A stretch of DNA of 64,000 bases from the human T2T-CHM13v2.0 reference genome, Homo sapiens: NCBI RefSeq assembly GCF_009914755.1, contig NC_060928.1. One strand, 5' to 3'. The notes below the pieces were generated by a model. The model saw only the letters and a program-made list of their open reading frames with translations, was not told where the DNA came from and made no database searches. Position 1 is the stretch's first letter. The number at the start of each line of letters is the position of its first letter. This document shows, piece by piece, positions 1-11,319 of this stretch. The position numbers and the translations under genes were made by a program.

Positions 1-1249
1 TGTGTAAGAGAACACTGCTCTGGATTTAGTTAAGCAGGGAAAGCAGCAAACTCTGAGTCTTTACTTCAGCATTAAATATAATATAGTAGGATTATTTCTT
101 AATTCTTCCACCAGTTTATATTCAATATACTCTAAGGTTTCCAGATGAATTTTCTAAAAAAATATTTGGTCATTATTTGGAAAGATAATCTATGTGACAG
201 TACTAGAGACATTTCTACACCTAGAATATTTATTGGCATGAATTTTTCCTTCTACATCAACATGAACATACTATGTTATCTCAACCCAAACTTAGTTCAA
301 TGCCCTCACTTTTCATTAGTTCACACCTGCAGTGGATTGTCATTTTTTCTTGAATAATAATTTCAAGATGATATTTTATCTGTAGTTAGTATTATATAAC
401 ATACAATGAAATTTTCTAGTAATGCCTACATATCACGAAGAAAGTGCTTTTGGGGCTGTTAGAATGGATTCCATTGTTTATATGTAGATTATGAGAATCA
501 AATTTTCTTGTACTTCACCTTATTAGACAATGACACATGCACATATGCTTTGTTACAAAGATTTCTTTCCTATAAGGAATAATTTGTCATCCATGAGGTG
601 GATTCCAAGCTATCATAAATAATAAAAGAAACCCTCTGTGAGTAAATACAAGTGAAGAACTTAATCCCCTCTTGAGATCAGAGTGTAACGTGTGTATATT
701 ACAGAGAAGAAAGGGACACTCAGCTCTAAAGTTTGTCATGACAGAAGATGCTTTAGCCTACTCCATTTTATCTTTCCAATATTAACATGATTTAAGGGAA
801 GAAATTCAAATAAACATTTTTAGGAGTGGATTTATTCCTTTAATTCACAAAACATTTCACCCATCAAAATTAATTATATTCTTTGTCTTAAGAAGTTGCC
901 TTAAAAATAATTATGGTTTTATTTCAATATCTTGGTGCTTTTCTACTTTTTCTTTTGGTACAAGAGGCAATTTTGGGTCATTTGACACTATTTGGCAAAA
1001 CAGAGAAAAACAAATTAGGCCAATATATCCAACAGATATAAGGCTGTCATGTTCCCTGTGGATAGCCATTCTTTTGGTGACAGTTTTAATATCAGTAGAA
1101 CTGTTTCTAAATGAAATACCATGCTTTCAAAATATCCCTTTCATTCTCATCCACTGGTGTTACGGTGTATGGTGTGATCTATGGTGTGATCCAAACTAGG
1201 CACTGTAGTTTGGCTTAATAACTAATAAACCTCCCAACAACTGAAAGGA

Positions 1250-2012
1250 ATATAGTCTACTTAAAACCCATCTCTAAATTCCATCAGTTCTCTCCTGTAA
1301 ACATTTCTCATGTTTGTGCCCTTAGTCAGGCCCTGCTAAATTCTTGCTAATATTCTTCCAGCTTAGCTCGTTCATCTCCTCCAATCTACCCTCAAAGCCT
1401 CTGCCTTAGAGACTTCACTACCAACAATGAGGCTGCAAACCTTCTGTGATTATCCCTAACTGCAAGCTCTATGTGTCAGGGACTAGAACCTACTTTCCAT
1501 TTTCGACAAAAAAGGCCAAAGTTTTAAAAAATAATCAGATCATGTTCTTCTTCAATGGTTACCTGCTGTGTGGCCTGTGACACATGTCATGACAGTGCCT
1601 TGGCCCACCCCTCTCCTTCTTGTTCACTGTGTTCCAGCCTTACTGGCCAGTTTTCTGTACTTCAGATATATCAGGGCCTTTTAAACTGCTGCTTCTTCTG
1701 CCTGGAACCTTCTCCCTCCAAATCTTCAAGGGGTGGGCTGGTTCTTGTCATTTAGGTTTCACCTTAAATGCTACCCCTAACTTTCTCCTTCACTCGAGTC
1801 CACATTACTGTTAGATTTTCTTAGTATGATGAATAAGATGAGACATATTATTTACATTTTGTTTTACCTGCTTATTATCTGTCTCTCCTACTAGAATGAA
1901 GCTCCATAAAACCAAAAGCCTTTGTCTGTGTCACAGTTGCCACAGGCCCCGTGCCTAGCCTAGTGCCTAGCACGAGGTAGCGCCTCAGTAGATACTGGTC
2001 ACATAAATGAAT
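1250..2012 (+). mobile_element. L2 3' remnant
   Basis: ctagaatgaagctcca...gtgcctagcacgaggtagcgcctcagtagatactgg...aatgaatg; boundaries approximate. Confidence 0.6.
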
Positions 2013-2107
2013 GCTCACATGCCATGTGGTTCCATCTTGGCATCTGGTACAGTGCTTGTTACTTAATAGGTATCTCTTGAAAGGATAAAAATTTGAATGT
2101 CTTTCTG

Positions 2108-2219
2108 TTATCTCAAGACAAAGTCTTAAATCTTCAGTGTGGCATATAGGACTTCTCCTGTCTATTATCTCAAGATAAAGTCTAAGTCTGTAGTGTGGCA
2201 TATAGGACTTCTCCTGTCT
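2108..2219. repeat. Diverged tandem duplication, about 57-bp period
   Basis: ttatctcaaga(c/t)aaagtct...agtgtggcatataggacttctcctgtct occurs twice. Confidence 0.85.
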
Positions 2220-2479
2220 TGGATCCCATTCATTGCTCCTATTGCTCTTCCTCTCCCTCCTCCCATTTTACTCTCTGGAAATACTCAATTTCCTGCTTTT
2301 AGCTAGACACATCATGCTATTTCACACTGCCATCCCTTTCTACATTGTGTCCCTCTGCCTGGAATGTCCCAGTTACCATGAAACCTGTCCTTTCTTACCA
2401 TCACTCCCAGTGCACAGCTGATCACTTTCCTCTCAGTTTTCATAAAGCCTTGAACCTATTATTGAATTTTCCATACTGA

Positions 2480-3030
<551 letters not shown>

Positions 3031-4047
3031 TGAAATGAAATTTTTTTTAAAGCCTTCTCTGTCTTAATAGACAGCAAGAGAACGTTCTCTGAAAACAGGG
3101 CCATCCATGTCCTATTCTTCTTTCTGGCACCTAGCTGAATGCCTGGCATCTACCGAAAGCACAATAAATATTTGTTGAATTGAATGATCTAAACCTTAGC
3201 CATATGAGTATGAGCATTTTAAAGATGGCTTGCTAATAAGGAAGCCAAAGTGCCTTCATTTCAAAATATGTCTGGTTACTGTTAAAGTTCAAATATGTAC
3301 AAGAGTCAGCCTAACAAGAACACAATAGTGTTTTATCACCTTACAAAAATAATAAGATCTGATACCTAGATTAGATCTAATAACTACATTAATTTGATGA
3401 ACAGTGACAAAATGTAGCATTTCCTAATATTTACCAAGGAATAAAAAAAGCACATATGGCAGAGCTATAGCAATTACATTTTTAAAAAGTATAATAATCT
3501 TTAAAAAAAACACTAATACTTACTTATTTTTGGTCAGTCATTAGCTTCAAATCTGGCTTACTTCTCACAGGCCTTTCCAAAAAACATAATACTAGTGGTT
3601 CCAAAGTCTTTTTAAAAGATTTCATTTAACAACTGCTAAAAACCACAGCTGGCCTGAGGTTTTAATCCCAATCACAGCACCAATCACATAAACCCAACAC
3701 AAAGCAAAAAGAGAAGAAAAAACCAAAGCGGTCCTTCTAAGAAAATACAGTGCAATAGATGATGCTCGCCAACCCCAGAGAAGCGTCTGTACATTAACCT
3801 CATCATGTTCTGCAATGCAAACTGCTCATTAAAAACACTCAAGATTATTTTTAACCTGTAGGTCATTTCCTTAATCTACCAACTTAAGAAAAAATCAGAT
3901 TTGACTATTTCATTTAAAATAACTCAACAGGTTAGAAATACTGGAAACAAATCAACTTCAAAACTTTTTTGAAAGAAAAGCGGGAGCTATAAAAGAGTGC
4001 TAAAAAGAGCCCAGATTGGCCATGCACCAGCCTCCATTTCTCCCCAC

Positions 4048-4215
4048 CTCAGGCAGCCGGCTGTTAGCATTATCTAGAGAAGCCTCCAAAGTTGGGGTCT
4101 CATCCCTGATTTGAAGCACTTCCTCTGTTGTGATGCTGCCAGTGGAATCTTCAGACTGGAGAAGTAAGTCAGGATGGTCTGGTATTGTTTCATCAGTGGC
4201 AGAATCACTGTTTAA
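4048..4215 (-). CDS. FRYL: FRYL coding exon (168 nt, phase 0-0)
   Basis: ttttag|LNSDSATDETIPDHPDLLLQSEDSTGSITTEEVLQIRDETPTLEASLDNANSRLPE|gtgggg; donor is weak. Confidence 0.88.
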
Positions 4216-4544
4216 CTAAAAAGAGAAAGAGTAAAATAAGGAATTCATTTATGAGTCAAAAGCCACAGGAAACATTCTCTATCATAAAATATTTTAGGGG
4301 CTTCGTTATAAAGAGCTTCTGAGATTTCCTAAAATCATCTTTCTTTCCTTCCAGTCTACACCAGAATGGGTGTTGTTAGGGTAAGCAGCTAATCCCTCGG
4401 TAGAACTAAGTACACATTAATACAGGCTAAATTTTGCTAAACAAAAACTATCAAAGTGGAAGAGCTCTATGTAACTATGTTAACCTTGAGCTGAAATTCA
4501 TATTGGAGCTGAATTCAAATTCATTCATGGAGGACGAAGATTTA

Positions 4545-4755
4545 TGTGGCACGGTTAAGTGAATGGGCACTAGAGACAGACTGCTTGATTCACATCTACT
4601 TACTAGCTATGTGTCCTGGGATAAGACATGTAATATGCAGATCTGCAATAACCATACTTGCCTTGTGTTAGGAGGAGAGTTATGGTAACTAATACACGTA
4701 AAACACCTTGAACAGGGCCGGGTGCATCGTAGACAGTCAGTAAGTGGTAACGTAT
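4545..4755 (+). mobile_element. MIR
   Basis: ggttaagtgaatgggcactagagacagactgc...acttactagctatgtgtcctggg. Confidence 0.65.
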
Positions 4756-4995
4756 TATGGCTGCCATTAGCAGCAGCGGTTGGTCATTGAACACTTAAAT
4801 GGGAGAGGGGCAGTTAGTGGAAAGACAAACTGGGGCACCAATGAGATGTAAATACAGGAGAGATGACTGGACACCAACCACAAACCGACAACTTGACATT
4901 GTGCCTAAAGCAGCTCAGGCCCTTCCATTCAACATCACTGCCAGCACTTTACCAGCAGGCCGAGTGGAGCAAATGGATCTAAATTAAAGGTAGGT

Positions 4996-5295
4996 GGCTG
5001 GGTGCGGTGGCTCATGCCTGTGATCCTGCCACTTTGGGAGGCCGAGGTGGGAGGATCACTTGAGGCCAGGAGTTCAAGACTAACCTGGGCCACATAGCAA
5101 GACCCCATCTCTACAAAAAATTTAAAAAAATTAGCTGTGCATATGTGGCATGCACCTGTAGTCCTAGCTGCTTGAGAAGCTGAGGCAAGAGGATCACTTG
5201 AGACCTGGAGTTTAAGAATACAGTGAGCTATGGTTGTGCCACTGCACTCCAGCCTGGGTGATGGTGTGAGACCCTGTGCCTAAAGAATAAAAAAA
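4996..5295 (+). mobile_element. Alu (AluJ-like)
   Basis: ggctgggtgcggtggctcatgcc...ggaggatcacttgagg...A-tail. Confidence 0.92.
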
Positions 5296-5876
5296 GGAGG
5301 CATTCCTGTAAGAGCTGTGTAACCATAGCTGGTGCCTGGTCTCCACTGGTTTCTTCCTTATCACATGTACCAGGGTAGCTATTCCATGTGCCTTCTCCTT
5401 CTTTACAGTGCCATCTTCAAGTTCCAGCCCTACCACTGGCTTTTCTTGCACCCGTACTCTTCTGAAATAACAGGCTACTCTTGCAGCTTTCATTTTCCAC
5501 TGACTCTACTTGATCTCGAAAGGGACCAAACTTGTGCTCTGTTTTTCCACACTATGCTAACTAGGAAAGAAAAGTGAGTGGTGAATTAAATGGTGTTGGT
5601 GCTCACATTGATACCAAAAATATGTTATCACTGAAGGCCTCTAATAGGGCCCAAAACAACTCACTGTGACTAGGAAAGAAGCAAGAGAAATTATATTTTA
5701 GCAGCTAATAGGTGTGCAGTATCAACCTAATAAGTTTAGTGCTGTCATGAATAACAACACGGTACTCCATTAGTGTTGCAATCTTGTAGATTCATTTCAG
5801 TGTGTGCATTTCACCCATGCACAAGAAATAATCATTAAGAAGTTGGAAGTTAAGAGGAAAATGAGACCAAATGTCA

Positions 5877-6134
<258 letters not shown>

Positions 6135-6487
6135 TCAAATACATGCTTCTAAATGTACTAAATGTAATATACCAGAAAAACATATACCAAGATGAAAAAT
6201 ACTTAATGCATCATTAAAAGCAGAGTTTCAATCAGCCCTTCAATTTCTTTAAACTGTTAACACACCATCAAATATTTATATTTAAAAAGATCAAAATTAT
6301 TTGGTTGACAACCTGTTTTAACGAAATAATTTTCTTGACTTTCTATCTTGTATTACTGGGGACCAAGTAAATCTACTATCTAAGCCATTTCTATTCTAAT
6401 ACACAAACATGAATGAGACCACAAAGAAGACAAATACATCACAGATGACAACAAATAAACAATCCATAACACCAGGCTGCAACTTAC

Positions 6488-6496
6488 CTGCAGCTC
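6488..6496 (-). CDS. FRYL: Candidate 9-nt alternative microexon encoding E-L-Q (phase 0-0)
   Basis: ttctaattctgtgtgttttcctttttgctaaccag|GAGCTGCAG|gtaagtt: long pyrimidine tract, UGC near the 3' splice site, perfect consensus donor, frame-preserving. Confidence 0.8.
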
Positions 6497-8569
6497 CTGG
6501 TTAGCAAAAAGGAAAACACACAGAATTAGAAAAAAACGAAGACAAACATTTAAATATACACTACACTTTTGGGGCAAACTCTTTGTGATTTCTCAAACCC
6601 AAAGACTGATTCAAGCTCTGGATTAAGCTTTGTGCAGAAAGTCAACATGTGATTCAAATCTTTTTTTATGCAAAATATGTTGTGAAAAAGTCAGAGACAG
6701 ACACTTAAAACAACATTTCTATGATACACTTTGGCAACACAAACTTTAAGAAAATCTTCAAGATTTACAAAGGTTTAATACTTAGTACAATGCAAAAACT
6801 GACTTTAAATACCCACATGCACTTGACAACATACAAGGTCACAATTATTTCAGTTGGTAGGATAGCTCTGGCTAAATTCAATGGTCATTTTTTGCTACAA
6901 AATATAATTTAAAATCAAGATCACAGCCATCAAAACATAACTGTTGCCAATTTTAAAAGGTCAAGAGGAAATATGACAAATTTCAATTTCTCCCACTTAA
7001 GGATTTATATAAGTTATGTTTCTGTTATTCTAAACTGCTCCTCCTTTTGTAAGGATATAATCCCTACAATTTTTCTTAGGCCCTGATATGACAAACTATA
7101 TTGAGCTGGCTACCAAAATATGATTTTTTTTTTCTGTATCCCTTTACACAGGAATTGTCCAGATTAGAAGTTTTCAAATCTTTTTTTTTTTTTTGAAAGC
7201 AGAAGAATACTTATTTCAAATGAAATTTTAGATGGCAGTCAATTGTGCAAAACAGAAAACCAGAGCTGCTCTGGTTGAAGGTGTCCAGGAACTTGGCCCA
7301 TTGGATCTTTGAATCTGTCCCGGCTGTTTCTGAAGATATCTTGGAAGCCCTAGGGCCCTGCATGTCAGAGTTTGAAAACCACCTTCCTGGAACATATCAT
7401 TTCAAATATTATTATGTACCAAAACACATAATGGCAACAGCACTCAATATATATTTGGTGAGTGAATGAATATGCACTGTGGGCTTTCAAAGTGAGGAGA
7501 TATTTTATTATAATTTTCATTAGTGGTTAAGTTTGTTTTGTAGCAATCAAAGTATTTCCTATTACCATGTTTTAAACAAGACTATATCCAGGTTTTAGAA
7601 AATGTGTATCGCTGATTTGGCATAATTATGAGGGATAAATTAGCGTGCTCCACCCCACCCCTGATTACTGTGACTTGAATTAAAGACAGAACTACAAATG
7701 AACATCCTTAGTCCATTCTAAGGTTCTATTAAAAGCCATGTTTATTACCACTGACATTTTAGAGCACTGAATGAACTTGAAAGCATTTACAGTTCTCTTT
7801 AAACAAGAGGCAAACAAAAAGAAAAATAACCTTACCATTACAAAAATGTCAAGAGCTGCCTTTAGAAATTTAAATTCTGGACTGAAAAAAGCAACTAACT
7901 ACAGAAGAGTTTAGAAGCTGCTCCTGGCCTTGGGTAGGGCAGCAGGTCTCTTTAACCTATTCCACTCCGTTACTTGGTTGTGCAAGTCTGTTCTATTTCC
8001 TACAATATATTTTTTCAAATGATGAGTGTGAAACTAATTTTAGGGTGGTAACCTACACTTTTTGAAAAAAAAAAAAAAAGAATGAAAAGGAAGAGAATAG
8101 AAAATATCAGTATGCACAGCATAGAGTTTGGATGCATATTCTTGCAACTTTTATTTTTAAAGGTATATATATATACATATACACACACTTGGATGTGATG
8201 TAAAATGTATTAACTGTGGATTAGTGTCAAAAAAAAGTTTAAAAGCTACTGCTCTGAAAGGTGCTAAATAATACCTGTTCTTGAGTTCCTATGAACCTGT
8301 ACAATTGTGTCTTTGGGAAAATGTAAATGGTGGAGTATTCCATAGGAGCCTACACAGCTCCTAAACTGACATGAAGGCATTTGCATTACTTGGAGGCACC
8401 ATGGTCACATCCTCACATCTGCAGGGGGCACTGAGGCATGTTGAGGAGAGGGAACTTTACTTCCTCAAACTGGTCTTCCATGGACAATGAACAGTGTGAT
8501 ACGGGAGAGTGCATTACATTTCATTCCTCCGCCTCACCTATTAGAGCCAAAGGAAACACCCCTACAAGA

Positions 8570-9151
8570 AGAGCTGATGAATGTGTATGAGCTGTATATG
8601 AGTTGTATATGTATATGTACATGAGAGTTGATCAGTGTGTATGATCTGTATGAGTTGTATATGTATATGTATACGAGAGCTGATGAATGTGTATGAGCTG
8701 TATATGAGTTGTATATGTATATGTACATGAGAGTTGATGGATGTGTATGATCTGTATGAGTTGTATATGTATACGAGAGCTGATGAATGTGTATGAGCTG
8801 TATATGAGTAGTATATGTACATGAGAGTTGATGAATGTGTATGAGCTGTATATGAGTAGTATATGTATATATGTACATGAGTTGATGAATGTGTATGAGC
8901 TGTATATGAGTAGTATATGTATATGTACATGAGAGTTGATGAATGTGTATGAGCTGTATATGAGTTGTATATGTGTATGTATATGAGAGCTGATGAATGT
9001 GTATGAGCTGTATATTAGTAGTACATGTATATGTACATGAGAGTTGATGAATGTGTATGAGCTGTATATGAGTTGTATATGTGTATGTATATGAGCTGAT
9101 GAATGTGTATGAGCTGTATATGAATAGTATATGTATATGTATATGAGAGCT
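8570..9151. repeat. Minisatellite, about 11 units of 48-54 bp
   Basis: Unit tgtatatgagtagtatatgtatatgtacatgagagttgatgaatgtgtatgagc (exact at 8901-8954); explains the repetitive ORFs at 8534-9249. Confidence 0.95.
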
Positions 9152-9319
9152 AAATGTATTTGAGCTATGAGTTTTGATTCTTTAGAAAAAGATACATCAA
9201 GATATGGTATACAGATACTTGGTATTAAGGCATTTTGGTCTTCTTGCATACAGATATTTGTAGCAATTTCAAAATGTACATGTTTAAAACAAATCTATTT
9301 GATATAAACTTTCAGGGTT

Positions 9320-9770
9320 AAGAGACTGTGGTTTAGGGAACTGAGCTCAGCTACAGAAATGGATCTCTAATAGCCTAAGACAACCAGGGTAATCCTATTC
9401 TATTCACTAGAGTGGTTGTTTCAGAAAGTAGCATGTGTCCTAATTTGGGCCAATGAGATGTTACAAGAAGTTTGCTAAGACCATTTAGGAAAGCAGCTTC
9501 CTTACTTTTCTGAGAGCATTTCTGGATGTGACCCTCACCTCCTTCAAACACTGCTGTGTGTGGGGCTAAGATTACCCAGCAATGAAGACGGTTTTGCTGC
9601 TATCTGAGGTCAAGCTGACTGGCAGAGAAGGGGAGAGCCTAGAGAACTGCAGATAAACAGCCAGAAACTTCATTGAGCCATATCTAAATATAAGCTCTAA
9701 TTCTGGACTAGTTTTGTGGGCTAATAAATCTACTTTCTGAGTTTTAAATTCCATTTAGAAAGCATCTCAA
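9320..9770. mobile_element. Probable old MLT1-type LTR remnant
   Basis: gcatgtgtcctaatttgggccaatgagatg...ggactagttttgtgggctaataaatctac; weak recognition only. Confidence 0.35.
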
Positions 9771-9983
9771 CTGACATAACTACCAATATAATGTAATCCA
9801 GACTAAATCAATTTAGAAGAGAAACGCTTTGAGTATTAAATGAAACCAGGCATTTGAGAGAGTTACCTACATCATAAAGAAGAAAGTGATTTCGAATGTC
9901 AAAGAAAGAAGCTCAGTCATTTGCCAAAGGGAAGAGTTCTAGAAAGACAAACCCTTTGTGATATGTCAATTTAGTGGTAAGTG

Positions 9984-10084
9984 TGTATATGAGTAGTATA
10001 TGTATATGTACATGAGAATTGATGAATGTGTATGAGCTGTATATGAGTAGTATATGTATATGTACATGAGAGTTGATGAATGTG
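9984..10084. repeat. Detached 1.9-unit copy of the 54-bp minisatellite, flanked by a 17-bp direct repeat
   Basis: caatttagtggtaagtg at 9967-9983 and 10085-10101. Confidence 0.93.
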
Positions 10085-10460
10085 CAATTTAGTGGTAAGT
10101 GCAACTCTCTTTAAAGTTGTCCTTAATCAATTCTCATATAAATTTTTACCATTTGGCTGCATATTAGTTTGTAAGACAAATCATGCAAAACATTTAAGTC
10201 TAAGCATACCCTGAAAATAATTTTGAAGGAAGCCATTTTTTAATTTTATATTTTTAAAGATAAAGATGAAAAATGGAATGTTTCTCTTTTATCTCAGACT
10301 TATTCTATTGACTAATTGTGGTAATCAAATTTAATTCCTAATTTAGATTTTTACCTTTTTGACCTTACACTGACCTCAATAAGGAATGATCCTGTGATCA
10401 AATCCTTAATTCTCATACAACTGTTCTATAAATATTAACAGAGAAAGCCCACATCCTTAC

Positions 10461-10637
10461 CTCTGCATCTTCCAATTCAACATCTAAAAAGTCAAAATCC
10501 TTAAAAACACCAAACTGTTGTTCACTGCTATTATCTTCCACAGCTACTTCTTCCTCTTGATTTATGTCTTCTGTTGTAGAAATTAGGCTAGTCTGTTGGT
10601 CACCGACTTCCAAATCCTCATTAGAAGAAAATACAAC
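10461..10637 (-). CDS. FRYL: FRYL coding exon (177 nt, phase 0-0)
   Basis: catcag|VVFSSNEDLEVGDQQTSLIS...QQFGVFKDFDFLDVELEDAE|gtaagg. Confidence 0.93.
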
Positions 10638-10953
10638 CTGATGCCCGATTAAAAAAAAAAAAAAGTCCATCCATCAGATTTGTCACTCTGCGTATGAGAT
10701 ATCAGTACCCCAAAGCCACCGCAGGCCTCATTCTTCAATGAATTCACAGCTTAAATTTGGTCTTCATGTTTAACTAGTTGAACACATAGTTAGCATGGCT
10801 GCCAGGTGTCACAAGAGATAAGAAATCTTTTTTTCATTCTGAGTTAATACCGTAAGTAAGGTAAATTAGAAAAGGCAAGCAAGGAGACAGATCATTTCTT
10901 CAAGGAATAACATGATCTTTAAGACCTTGACACAGGTCTTCATGATTACTCAC

Positions 10954-11028
10954 TGATGGGTTCTTTGGGAGGCCAGATTCTGGACCACAGAGAGAAAGCA
11001 CATTCATTAGCTTTTCTCTTGTTCTTCG
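10954..11028 (-). CDS. FRYL: FRYL coding exon (75 nt, phase 0-0)
   Basis: ctttag|RRTREKLMNVLSLCGPESGLPKNPS|gtgagt. Confidence 0.92.
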
Positions 11029-11049
11029 CTAAAGGAAAAAAAAAAATTA

Positions 11050-11319
<270 letters not shown>

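Noticed and set aside
3751-3814. SECIS element or C/D-box snoRNA (AUGAUGA motif, GA-rich internal loop)
   Set aside because: No apical adenosine motif and not in a 3' UTR, so not SECIS; no CUGA D-box at a suitable distance, so not a snoRNA. Kept only as a generic hairpin.
8570-9151. CRISPR-like or other repeat-spacer array
   Set aside because: Units are contiguous tandem copies with no unique spacers; eukaryotic intronic context with no cas genes.
8534-9249. Long overlapping His/Tyr/Ile-rich ORFs (114-205 aa)
   Set aside because: By-product of the stop-poor strand of the minisatellite; periodic low-complexity translation in all three frames.
10921-10940. aagacct/aggtctt inverted repeat near the 10954 donor
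   Set aside because: A 7-bp stem is expected by chance in 64 kb.
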